The position numbers were made by a program, and so were the translations under genes. 64,000 nucleotides of DNA from Eledone cirrhosa (taxonomy: Eukaryota), in contig OZ024746.1 of assembly GCA_964016885.1 (NCBI GenBank), forward strand, positions 66,340,001 through 66,404,000. Direction: 5' to 3'. Shown here one piece after another: positions 1 to 14,069 of the stretch (within the stretch, counting starts at the first letter, position 1; every line of letters begins with the position of its first letter). Under the pieces are notes generated by a model. The model saw only the letters and a program-made list of their open reading frames with translations, did no database searches and was not told the DNA's origin.

Positions 1-525
1 GAAGAGCAAGTCCTGGGCGGCGTGCAACAGCTTGAGATCGGTGTGTAAGTCGGACCTTCGTAGAGACCTGAAAACCCGCCTCTTCATTGCTGTAGTGGAG
101 TCTGTGCTGCTGTATGGGTCTGAGACTTGGACACTGACCAAGAAACTCACTCAGATGGTGGATGGGTGCTACACGAGAATGCTGAGGATGGCTCTGAACA
201 TTAATCAGTATACACTGAGGATGAAAAACTCAGAGCTGTATGGGAGCATCCCAAAAGTCAGCTCAAAAGAGACACAGAGGAGACTGATGTTAGCTGGACA
301 TGCTCTCCGACATCCAGAGTTGACATTGCACTCAGTACTCCTTTGGGAGGCCCTACATGGACACACTAGAAGAGGAAGACCAAGGTTAACGTATGTTGAT
401 GCCCTAAGGACAGACATTGATCTGTTGGAGACGCAGGAAATGGCAGCGATAATGAGGGACAGAGACCGCTGGAGAGAACTCGTCCATGGATCTCGGGAAT
501 TTTACCCGCCTTAGATAGATAGATA
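1..525 (+). mobile_element. 3' end of RTE-clade LINE (ORF2 C-terminus) with short (TAGA)n tail
   Basis: ORF 32-514 has LLYGSETWTL...RRLMLAGH...RGRPRLTYVD...DRDRWRELV, typical of RTE ORF2 C-termini. The stop runs into tagatagataga. Confidence 0.9.
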
Positions 526-2208
526 TATACATGATATGAAGGCTGCCAACTTGTTTTCGAGTACGGCCCCTACTGTATATCCATGTAGGAGAACCCCTAC
601 CGATTCGCTGAACAAGTGTGACTTTTTAGTCCAGCCAGCGACTTGAAAACTCTGGTACAAACACTACACTTGTGACAATTATTAACACATAGTGCTGGGC
701 CCATGGTACCATGTGATGACAAGTGGCGAGAGATCTCCAGATATAAAGCAATGCCTGTGCTGTGAAGCTTTTATAGTGAGCAATGGCACAAAGCCAGTCC
801 ACTCTCTTAACGAACATGATATTTACTAAAAAGAAGAACAAGTCAACATCATTTGATACCATCAGGGTCGCAGGTGTTATGTCAGAGATTTCCTTCTCCT
901 AGAATTCTGCCTTGACAAACGCTAAGGGGTCATCTCTCTCGGTGATTTTGGATGGCCATTGACTCTTAAGAGCTCCTTTGCACTTTGACAGGTTTTGTTT
1001 TTAGTCCTGCAGGATATCCAAAGTCACCCTCCATATACATGATATACATACACACAAACATACACATAAATATATATATATATATATATAAACACACACA
1101 TATGAATATATATTTCCAAATTTACAAATGTAAATCTGTATATATGTGTGTGTCTGTGTGTGTGCATGTGTGTGTATGTTTGTGCGTGTGTGTGTGTGTG
1201 TGTATATGTGTGTGTGTATGTGTGTATGTGTGTGTGTGTGTGTGTGTGTGTATACATATGTAATTGGAAGAAAGAAATATTTAAATTGATGAAAGATGTA
1301 TTTGAAACATATCGTGACATGACGGACATGTTTCTATCATATTAGACCCCCACTGATATATATATATTCTAATACGTAAGTAATAAATCTCTCACGACTT
1401 ATACTTTATATAGTTTTATTTGGAAATTATTCCCTATTTATCTAAATTCAATTTAATAAAATCCCAGGCCAATTTCTGGATGGCAAATATATATTGATGC
1501 GTGGTTCATATAATTCAAACGTATATTGACTAATGTAAACGGCCGACATTGTTTGAAGCATTTACCTAGTCTACTATAAGCATTTAAGATGAGGTGCCAT
1601 ATATCAATAGTGGCCTAATATATTTTGTGTTTCTGTCTCTTTTTTAATCCATAATGATTTGTTGACACAGGAGCTACTTTTTCAGATAGCATATTGATTC
1701 GATCATTAATGCTTTAATTACGTCTAATTTAAGTTAAATATAGTGTCAACCTTTCATTCTAACAGACGCCACATCCATTACCTCATTAGGTAACCGAAAT
1801 TTAAAACAATTTTTGTTTTCGTGTTAAAAGATCCAACTAGTCGGATTGATTTTAGAAGTAGAAAAAAATACCGAATACCAAATATCCGGGAACAAAATCT
1901 ATTTTGAATACATTGATTTCGTCAGCAAAAAAGAAGACAACATCAAAGTGTCACCAGCTGTTGTACTTATCCAATTATTTCGTGTGCAATTCAATTTATA
2001 TGTTAATTTATATTGATTTAAAAAAATTACAATTCAAAAGATTTAGCTTGATGTTTAATATATTTCGCTGAATATCAAAATAATAAATGGATTAATCTTA
2101 TTAGTTATATAATATTTTCCCATAGAATATCAGGCGAATACTTATATATATATATATATAATAAAATAACAGGAGGCTGAACTGGTGTAAATCGTTGAAA
2201 GGTTTATT

Positions 2209-2266
2209 ATACTATGATCATTTCGATGACCGGGTTCAATATGAATCCGGTGACATCATCAGGTAT
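2209..2266 (-). ncRNA. Type-I hammerhead ribozyme in a TA-nested short element (about 2160-2390)
   Basis: Minus strand: atac-CTGATGA-tgtcaccggattcatattgaacccggtcatc-GAAA-tgatca-TA-gtat, then AATAAA. Stem III is the palindrome AUGAUCAU. Confidence 0.75.
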
Positions 2267-2387
2267 TCAAAATATAACAAAGGAATATAACAGATAAAAT
2301 CCATGGGGCTGAAAATCAGAGACAAGAGGACGACCGAGGTTGACCATACGGAATGACCAGTTCTATTCAGTGGGGAACCAACAAATC

Positions 2388-2429
<42 letters not shown>

Positions 2430-2432
<3 letters not shown>

Positions 2433-2580
2433 CAAAGAATGTGAGGTAAGATACCAGGTGGATCATAACGCATCAGAGTACTCGATACTTAGGGTAGTAG
2501 AGTGGGTAATAGGAAAACAGCAAGGACCCCGTCTGCTGAGCTCCGGCCGTTTCAACAGATAGATCCGAAATAGCTGTATG
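2430..2580 (-). mobile_element. TA-nested short repeat (family also at 11501-11660 and 48140-48250)
   Basis: Shares gaaacggccggagctcagc...ggggtcc...ttacccactctactacc...agtatcgagtactctg with the other copies; flanked by (TA)n. Confidence 0.7.
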
Positions 2581-2860
2581 TTTATATATATATATATATG
2601 TGTAAAACTTTATACTATTTGTTAACCTTGAATTATATATATGATGTAATTTTGTATATCTTTTGATGCCAATATATTATAATATTGTTATTATAATGTT
2701 ATTATATTGTTTATGCACACTGACAGGGAATTATATATTATATTTTATTTTTATTTTTATTCTTATTTTTATCTTTATTATATTATACTGTAAACAATAT
2801 ATATATATATATATATATTTAAATACTTAATAAGTGTTAGCTTGTGTTTGTACTAATGTA

Positions 2861-2949
<89 letters not shown>

Positions 2950-2954
<5 letters not shown>

Positions 2955-3447
2955 TTAAGCTTTTTATTATCACCATCTATTATATTATGTTATATTCTAT
3001 ATCGTACTGCAATTCTCGCATTATATTACCATTTGTATTTCAGGTTTTTGCATTATATAATATTTACGATGTGGGTTCAATTTGTTAATCAGTTCCTTGC
3101 TATGTGGTCTATATGTATGTTTGTAACTGCTCACTCTTAATCTTAGCCTACTTTTCCTTGATTACCTTCCTGGGCTTTAATAGATGTATACTCCATATTC
3201 TTCTGAGTTTTTGGCTTGTATTGGCCGATAGTGCTTCTTGTAGCTTTACTTGCCCTGATGAGTCCTTAATAGGACGAAGCATTGTTGGCTAATAAAGACT
3301 TTTGATGTATTGAAGGGTTCTTTGGTTTATTTTTTATAATTCTTCGGCTCTGTTTAATTACATTGATCTATATCTTATACTGTAATTTCTATAATATGAA
3401 GAGGGTGTTTAACTCCAATACACTCTAGTATTTTAATTCTTTTAATT

Positions 3448-3450
<3 letters not shown>
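2950..3450 (+). mobile_element. PLE-derived non-coding element with decayed HHR (3252-3289); same family as 45903-46340
   Basis: gcc-CTGATGA-gtccttaataggac-GAAG(sic)cattgtt-ggc, then AATAAA. The tail is homologous to about 46100-46300; flanked by (TA)n. Confidence 0.8.
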
Positions 3451-3518
<68 letters not shown>

Positions 3519-3519
<1 letters not shown>

Positions 3520-3714
3520 CGTAGGTCCCGGGTTGAGTCGGGGATAACCACAGTAAGTAAGGTACTCAATACATGGCAGAGTAAATTTTTTTTTATTTTA
3601 TAGAAGGAGCTTCTACAGGACTAGTACTGTTTCATTCAGATGAAATCTTCAGGAAGCTCCTGAAGATTTCATCTGAATGAAACAGTACTAGTCCTGTAGA
3701 AGATCCTTCTATAT
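3519..3714 (-). mobile_element. HHR-bearing fold-back element (arms about 3598-3653 / 3659-3714) in (TA)n
   Basis: Near-perfect palindrome with CTGAAGA-tttcatctgaat-GAAAcagta on both strands. Near-identical to the reverse complement of 46648-46848. Confidence 0.85.
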
Positions 3715-3734
3715 ATATATATATGTATTTATAC

Positions 3735-3804
<70 letters not shown>

Positions 3805-3810
3805 TTATAC

Positions 3811-3882
<72 letters not shown>

Positions 3883-3893
3883 ATTTATACATA

Positions 3894-3929
<36 letters not shown>

Positions 3930-4095
3930 GTGGTGTTTCGTCGTTTGAGGTGACTAGTGTTCCAGTTGATAGAATGGCGGATCTGCCTGCTCATAAAATT
4001 AACGTGCAACTAGTTGATCATTCCACAAAGACTGGTAACGGACGAAGAAGTCATTGAGAGTTACAATTCATGTTGTTAAGGACAGTTCAGGCAAC
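3930..4095 (-). mobile_element. Decayed SINE body fragment (related to 53480-53790)
   Basis: Shares tgctcat(g/a)aaattaacgtg...gttgatcattccaca with about 53537-53580. Confidence 0.5.
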
Positions 4096-4343
4096 AGACC
4101 ATTAATATTCAATATCACAATATAATAAGGTTAACAACTTAGATTCATTCTTTCATTTCTACGTCCGTTTCAATACGATTACAATGATGCATACATATGC
4201 AAAAGTACTGGAAAGGATTAGTTATCAATTACCAACAATCTTACTAATGGGTTCGTCTTTTTAATTATATAAATCTAATTATATTATTGAGTGACGCTGT
4301 GTTGATTCTCTTAGAAAATATTCGTACACATACACACACACAC

Positions 4344-4424
<81 letters not shown>

Positions 4425-5130
4425 TGGGTGAGTGTGTATGTGTGCGTGCGTGTGTGTGCATGTGTATGTGAGTGTATATAAATAGATGAATAGATTACAT
4501 TGATAGAAAAGTTACATTTATGTGGGAAATATTAACAGTAACTGCCGAGATTATATTCCTGGTCTAAATATTATTGACCGGTGAGAGAGAGAACGGTTTG
4601 GAGAGCACCCCCACAAAACAACAAAGTAAATACAGGAATAAAAATATCTAGTGATTAATCTTATAGCATCACTTAGTTATAATGGAATTTGACAAGAGAT
4701 AAATTCATCATATAAAGTATCTCTTTATTTCCAATGCTTTTGTCGTAAGAAGATAATGGGGTCAGAAAGGATGCTGTTTGTCATAGGAATTATATTACAT
4801 ATAATTGGGCATTATCGGAAAAAGAAATTAGAATAGGATATATTAATGGGTACGTCTGATTCATTTTTGAATTATGTGAAACAAACATCTAAAAAAAAAT
4901 ATATATTTTCTATAATAAAAAGGGCAAATATGGGTGTATAACAAGTGAAGTGTGAATAATAATGAGAGAAAAGGGGAGGGATTGGAGTATTCTGTATATA
5001 CCTCACTCCCCAGGTGTGACAATTTTGAAATTATTTTGGTTTGGTCCATTCATGTGGATAAATGATGATTTAATAAATTCAACGATATAAATACACGATG
5101 TCATGATATATATATATATCCATATACAAA

Positions 5131-6437
5131 TCTTAAATACGTCAACATACACTCTAACCACACTAGGAGCATAATTAACTCAATAGTTAAAAGCGTCTCC
5201 AATAGAGTGTCCACCCTGTCGGCTAATAGAAATATCTTCAACCAGCACGCGGAATACTACAACTCCGCACTTGTAAACGCTGGTTACATTGAGAAGATTT
5301 CTTACATCGACCCACATAGAACCGTAACGCCGCTAAACATAACCGTACGCTTAGAAACGAACATAGAAGAAGTCACCACACCTAGGACAAATAATAACAT
5401 AAGACCCTCCGGAACCGTCAGGGCAGCCAGCGTCACACACAACTGTCAAGGAGATAAAGTCATACTCTCCAACCCCCAATAAGGACTCCAACTATCGCAC
5501 ATGTTTGCGTAGCAATAGAGACAAAAGACATAACGCCAATAGATTACTTGGAACGCCTATGACACATACGCCTGACCAAAACGCACCCAAAGTACCACCC
5601 AACCACAAAAACCTCACGACACACCGCAGAACCCGAAGTAGACCTGTCACATGGTACAACACCGCGTATGCTATACACGTCGTCACCAATATACGGGGAA
5701 CCTTCTTCAGGCCTCTCGAACAATCTTTTCCACGCACACATAAATGCCACAAGCTCTTCAATAGACACACTGTAAAATTCTCTTTCTACACAGCACCAAA
5801 TCTAGGCCACACAATAGCACACACTAATAGGACAAAAATACGAAAACACATGGTTGCCCCACAAAAAACCAACACCACAACCTAGAACGAGACCACACAC
5901 ACAACACAACACAAAAACCCACATACCAGTTCCACACCACATGCCACCAACCACCAACGTGCCACCACACCGGTCACACGCAACTGCAACTGCAAAAAAC
6001 GGGCCGAATGCCCACTAAACGGGGAGTGCCTCGTTAAAAACATTGTTTACCGGTGTGATGTCATAGCCGGCAATAAAGATTACTCATATATAGGTGCGAC
6101 ATCCACTACGTTTAAGGAACCCAGGTATAACCATAGAAGCTCATTTAAACATAGGCTGAAACGATCCCAAACCAGACTGGCCGATTTGATCTGGGATCTC
6201 AAGGACAGGAACATCGAACCCCAGAACCCGTGGTCAGTGAAAAGACGCGTGGCACAACTCCCCAGTGACAGAAACCACTGCAGGTTATGGCTGGCAGGGG
6301 CGGCAGAAATAATTAAATTAACATCTGCCATGAACTATAGGTCGGACATAATTGTCAATTGCAGACACACCAGGCTGAACACATTTTCCGCACAAACATT
6401 CGGCGGAGGGCCGCACACTAACCATGACCCAGCATAA
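5131..6437 (+). pseudogene. Penelope-like element ORF remnant (RT thumb, linker, CxCx5C, GIY-YIG endonuclease), 5'-truncated
   Basis: LKYVNIHSNH..SIVKSVSNRVSTLS..YNSALVNAGY; WYN..LFNRHTVKFS; CNCKKRAECPLNGECL..NIVY..YIG.T.TTFK..YNH.SSF; ..NCRH. One frameshift near 5480-5505 and one in-frame TAG at 5883. Confidence 0.9.
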
Positions 6438-8350
<1,913 letters not shown>

Positions 8351-8352
8351 AT

Positions 8353-8419
<67 letters not shown>

Positions 8420-8559
8420 CATATATATATATAAAGTCCAACATTTTTTTACCAATGCACTGTTGAATCGAACGACCAGAAATGGTATTACATCGGGTCT
8501 ACCACTACCTCCTTTAAATCTCGCTGGTATCGTCATCGATTCTCAATTAAACATCCTAA

Positions 8560-8987
8560 TCACCGTTTTGTGACCACGCTCGCCAACAAGACCTGGCAAC
8601 TCCGTGAACGCAACCAACAGTTCACCTTGAAATGGGATATACTTTCCAGCACACGTGCATATCGGAGTGGATTGAAGTACTGTAGGTTATGTAACCTTGA
8701 ACTCTTTTACATCTTAAAATCCAAAAATAAATGACTAAATGATAGAATCGAACGATCATTATACTGCAACCACAAACTGAAGGCTAAATTCTCTCACTAT
8801 AAAATATCTTAATATTTAAACCGTAACTATAACATTGCTTTCTAGCTAACCACTTTCTCTTACCCCACAATACAAAACAATACCCTGCTTATCACTATAA
8901 ATGGAAACTTAGTGCAATTTGTAGACTACTACTATGAACTCAATGTACACCCTTCCCATAGCATTCATCTGCCCCCTCTCTATCCAT

Positions 8988-9033
<46 letters not shown>

Positions 9034-9645
9034 TCGGTCCACCTCCCTGCCTCTCCACATCTATGAACCTACCCTCTGTGGCAATAAATAATTCCAACCT
9101 TAACTATCAACGCATCGCTTAAGGTGGTCGCTTTAAGAATAACCAGTATATTAAAACCTCGACCACAACATTTTGATTAAGATATCTACAAACCACTCTC
9201 TCCCATTTCTCCAACCCCCGCATATCTCTCTCTCTCTCTCTCTTTCCCCTCTCCCCTTCTTTTCTCTCTTGCTTTTCTACTCTATCTTCCCCAATAACCT
9301 CACTTAAGGGTATTTACATTGTACATTTTAACCATTCTGCTCTGATGATACAGTGGCCACAACATTTGATAATTGAGTTTTGCAAATAGTTATATATTTG
9401 CACTTAACATAATTAGGCTGTATAACCACCGTGGAAACATTTGTAAGCACACAGAATAAATTAGCTTTTTATGATGTCTACCTGTTATTATTCATTCTTT
9501 ATCTACACTCCGGAATACAGAAGGATTAGGAACTGAGTTTCTTCAACTATTCTTCCATAACATTGAGTAACATTCTCACCGTACGTCAACTCTATCCAGT
9601 GTAGTAATTAACCATTACTGCATCCAGGATAATCCTATACCTAAT
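8560..9645 (+). mobile_element. PLE 3' fragment: GIY-YIG C-terminus, 3' UTR and HHR (9338-9449)
   Basis: TLANKTWQLRE..FTLKWDIL..AYRSGLKYCRLCNLE..LN..YCNHK; tgct-CTGATGA...GAAAcatttGTA-agca, then AATAAA at 9455. Confidence 0.8.
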
Positions 9646-9897
9646 ATATATATATATATTCTCTCTCATTCATGATTTCACCGAACTTATATTCATGGAA
9701 ATCTGGGACTTGACTCTTTCTTCCTCACTTTTCGTTGCTTTACCATCTTTGTTTGTTTACACTCTCGCTCGTTCCCCTTATTTACGTGTTCCAACGACTT
9801 TCTTTAGCCGTTGCTCGCACCAACCGGAGATATATGGTCTTTAAAGCAATGGAATACCAATGATGGTTAGAAGATCACTGATGAAGGACTAACTTTA

Positions 9898-9899
<2 letters not shown>

Positions 9900-9964
<65 letters not shown>

Positions 9965-10103
9965 ATATATATATATATATGTATGTATATATATATATAT
10001 ATATGTATGTATATATATATATATATATATGTATGTATATATATATATATATATGTATGTATATATATATATATATATGTATGTATATATATATATATGT
10101 ATG

Positions 10104-10197
<94 letters not shown>

Positions 10198-10212
10198 CTT
10201 ATATATATATAT
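9900..10212. repeat. Compound (TA)n microsatellite with periodic tgtatg interruptions (representative; similar tracts at 17045-17370, 30085-30600, 39470-39795, 59460-60000, 62170-62425)
   Basis: Read directly from the sequence. Confidence 0.95.
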
Positions 10213-10601
10213 ACAGATGTGCGTCTACGTGTGTGTGTGTGTGTTGAATATGTAAGTATATATGCATAAATATCAAATCAAAAGAACAGCAAAAGAATTA
10301 ATTTTACTCAATAGTTCAAACAAGTTCTAAATTAACAATGCCATTGATTCGTTTTGATAGAATCTGATATGATTTATTTTAATGCTATTTGGGTTATATT
10401 GATGAATTTGTAATTAATTATATGGCCTATGTACGACATTGATATAATACCCATCCCGATTGTAAAATACATAATATGAAACTGCTTAATAGCTTTCATC
10501 CCTAAATCTACACTAATGGCAATAGATATCATATCGTTGCCATATAAAAAGTTCTCAATTCAACGTGCCGATATAACCCCCCCCCACACACACACACACA
10601 C

Positions 10602-10654
<53 letters not shown>

Positions 10655-10689
10655 CAGAGAGAGAGAGAGGGAGAGAGAGAAGTAGTAAC

Positions 10690-10817
10690 ACAACAGTTAG
10701 TTCACCATACCGAGAACAATTGTTTCGCCCTATGGGGATCTTCAGCTCTGACTGGTCCGAGCTGAAGATCCGCATAATGTGAAATAATTATTCTCGGTAT
10801 GGTGAACTAACTGTTGT
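10690..10817. ncRNA. Fold-back carrying two divergent HHRs (minus 10710-10748; plus 10757-10797)
   Basis: gag-CTGAAGA-tccccatagggc-GAAAcaattgTT-ctc versus gag-CTGAAGA-tccgcataatgt-GAAAtaattaTT-ctc. Confidence 0.75.
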
Positions 10818-10927
10818 TAGTGAATTAACTGTTGTTACTTCTACCAAACATGTCCCATGGTCTGAGTGCTCTACCACTACGGATATTACCATCCAGTGTT
10901 CTACTCCAATCTCTCTCTCTCTTTCAC

Positions 10928-10961
<34 letters not shown>

Positions 10962-11008
10962 TAGATAAAGAACACAGGAGCGTCTACAACATCAACAAAT
11001 TTTTATTG

Positions 11009-11053
11009 GCTTACAATGTTTCTTCCTTACGTAACCGTAGGATTCTTCAGAGC
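11009..11053 (-). ncRNA. Type-I hammerhead ribozyme
   Basis: gct-CTGAAGA-atcctacggttacgtaaggaa-GAAAcattGTA-agc, then AATAAA. Confidence 0.8.
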
Positions 11054-11191
11054 TATAAAAGGGCTTTGATTGGTGTTATGGACTCTACCAACCAAACATT
11101 CAAGAACAAAGAGTAAAGAGAGTAAAGAGCAAAAGCAGGGGACAATACCTTAATGGGACACGGGTATACAATACCTAACTCCTATTAACCT

Positions 11192-11247
<56 letters not shown>

Positions 11248-11321
11248 GTGTGTGTGTGAATGAAGTAATTCCGTCGGAAAGGTTCAGGAAAAATCCAATG
11301 TCAATAAATAAACCAGGATGT

Positions 11322-11382
11322 TTTCATTCTGATGATTGAAAGCAAAATTTGTTTGCTTTCAAGAAACTACTGGTAAATGAAA
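11322..11382 (+). ncRNA. Type-I hammerhead ribozyme
   Basis: tttcatt-CTGATGA-ttgaaagcaaa(atttg)tttgctttcaa-GAAActactgGTA-aatgaaa; 7-bp stem I and 11-bp stem II. Confidence 0.85.
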
Positions 11383-11420
11383 CAATTCCCTTATATTGTT
11401 TATTACATAACTAAATGTAT

Positions 11421-11500
<80 letters not shown>

Positions 11501-11505
<5 letters not shown>

Positions 11506-11660
11506 AACGAGTAGGACCCCGACGGCTGAGCTCAAGCTGTTTCGAACACAGCTCAGCCGTCGGGGTCCTACTCGTTCCTATTACCCACTCTACTACCCTA
11601 AGTATTGAGTACTTTGGTGCGTTATGTTCCACCTGGTTCCTTACCACATTTCCTCCGTTA
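11501..11660 (+). mobile_element. TA-nested short repeat with 5' fold-back (arms 11501-11532 / 11550-11581)
   Basis: ataggaacgagtaggaccccgacggctgagct ... agctcagccgtcggggtcctactcgttcctat; same family as the copies at 2430 and 48140. Confidence 0.75.
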
Positions 11661-12813
11661 TATATATATATATATATATATATATTCTATTCATGTGCAC
11701 ACACACACACAGATAGATTACTTCCCTGAGAGGATAATAGTTTAGTTATTAAATTCTTTAATACTGAAAAACCTTTCACATTCGATCTGTACTGTTACTC
11801 GTCAAATTTTATTCTAGATACATTTAAAGTTTGTATTATATTGCTGCCCGAATTTATAACAACTTCACCTCCTCACTAAAATTAGTTTTATGATTTGTCT
11901 CTGGAGTCCTTTGTACGTAGACCTAATCATCTCTGCTTCATGTGTAATTTCATTCTTTCTTACCACCAGTTACACACAATGTGAAATTGCTGCTTTGTGC
12001 GTCTATTCCCTATCTGAATTCAGTATTAAAACGGAATAAAATGTCGTAGTTTGACTCCTCCTTTAGGAGTGTGAGAGTTTCATATATAAATCGCTCGTTC
12101 TGGCTGGAAACCTTCTGGTATAGTCAATATTATCTCACTTTATTATGCATCAATAATTGAAATTTACTCTGACTTTATTAGTCACGTTTTTATTTGTATA
12201 TATCTTTACCAGTTCCTGAATGAAACAATGAATGAATGTAATCTATAATCTTACCGTATCTATTTCGATCCCCAAAGCAGATAGTAAAAGAGTACAATCC
12301 AAAGGGTATGATCCAAAATTGGATTTTCATGGTTTCGAATGTTCCAATCTGTAAATAAATATAATAAAGTACGTTACCTAAAAGAATAGCGTGGTATATT
12401 GGTTTTACATTAATAAATTACTAAACGTGTTATACATTATTGTCTACATCCACCTATAGTCAGAAGACAAACTGAATAGTTTATATATATATGACAGAAG
12501 ATAATGTGATTTTCTGATTTATCCGTAAAACATCTAGACAGCAAACAGAACATTCGAAAGAAGTTTCATGCAATCCAGGTGAATTGATTACCCTATGAAA
12601 ATTAATGCATCGATGGATTTCAATTTATACACAAATATATATATGAACGTCATGCATCTCTGCTTGGGGCCAGAATGTGGGTTGATTCAAAGTATTTACC
12701 GGCCAATTTCACGATTCTATGCACGCATATATTTTATTTTGACACATTTAAACTTTTTCCACATTGTAATTACTCTAGCCATCATATTTTGATACGTGAC
12801 CATACTATTTCGT

Positions 12814-13442
12814 CAAGGAATATTGAACTAGTTTCGTTGTTGTTACAACTCATCAGCAATATTTACCTATCTTCCGGCCTCTCTAGAGAATCGTAAAAGC
12901 ACATATCGTTATATGCTTTTTCTATGAAAATTAGTAGTGGGCAGACTAATTTGCATAGAGTGTGAGTAAGTACCGGTTCAACGGAGACGATAAAAACAAA
13001 TAACGAAACGAAATTAAATTTCGTTTCGTTTGTAACTCACTTTTGTATGACTGACGCTTAAACAATTAAGTTAAAGATGTACATCCATATATGTATACTG
13101 AAATACTAGTATGTATATGAATACACACACGTATACATATACGATTCTCTAGAGAGGCCGGAAGATAGGTAAATATTGCTGATGAGTTGTAACAACAACG
13201 AAACTAGTTCAATATTCCTTGTCTGGCTTTCTGGAGAATAGAGGAAAGGTGTTTCCTCAAAAACCAGTATGACTCTAAAAACCGGTTTGTCTGTGTGTTT
13301 ACATACAGAATAGCTGGCCACTCACAGTAAAGTGACCAGTGAAAAAACTTGGTACATCTACATATGTATACGTGTGTGTATTCATATACATACTAGTATT
13401 TCAGTATACATATATGGATGTACATCTTTAACTTAATTGTTT
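12814..13442. mobile_element. Interleaved double inverted-repeat element with two identical HHRs (minus 12819-12863; plus 13172-13216)
   Basis: aatattg-CTGATGA-gttgtaacaacaac-GAAActaGTT-caatatt. IR A is 12814-12895 / 13140-13221; IR B is about 13060-13140 / 13362-13442. Confidence 0.85.
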
Positions 13443-13501
13443 ATATATATATATATATATATACATTTATGCAGATATAACTTCATCATACACGTCGAAT
13501 G

Positions 13502-13537
<36 letters not shown>

Positions 13538-13540
<3 letters not shown>

Positions 13541-13912
13541 CTTTATTAGCCACAAGGGCGCAACAAGAAAAGGGGACAATACAAAGACATGCCGGGGATT
13601 TTACATACAGTCGTGTAAAAAATATAAAAACAAACAATTTCAACAATCGAAATCCCCAATAGGGGGGAGACGCCACAAATGGGTTGTTTAATACCCCGTC
13701 GATAGAACAACCCTCAACTCCAGGAGCGTGTTGTGCAAGTGCTCCCTTCTTCCTTTTGCTCTCTTCCTCAACCTACAGGCTTATAAACAGAGAAGGCCCA
13801 ATCACTCGGGCCATTTTCGCTTCATTCACCCACATTTTAGTAAATTTACTGGGGTGCAGTGCCTCTCTCTCCACCCTGATTCTCCTTCTAAAGTGATACT
13901 TAAAGAAGGGAA
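13538..13912 (-). mobile_element. 3' end of an L1/Tx1-like LINE
   Basis: Minus frame PFFKYHFRRRIRVEREAL..KMWVNEAKMARV..ISL* resembles Tx1/L1 ORF2 C-termini (from recall). The 3' UTR ends AATAAAgaaat then (TA)n. Confidence 0.6.
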
Positions 13913-14069
13913 TAGATAGATAGATATGTATATACACAGAAAGAGAAATATATATATATTTTTTTTTTTCTTTGAATATATGTTGGTTGTATACCAACAC
14001 CTCAGTATTCAGATTGGAGCACTCGACGAAGTGCGCAGGTTGATTTCATTATTCCGGAGTAATGTAAAA

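Noticed and set aside
540-1030. GC-richer segment resembling an RTE-associated repeat
   Set aside because: The resemblance is from memory only; there is no second copy or ORF in the window.
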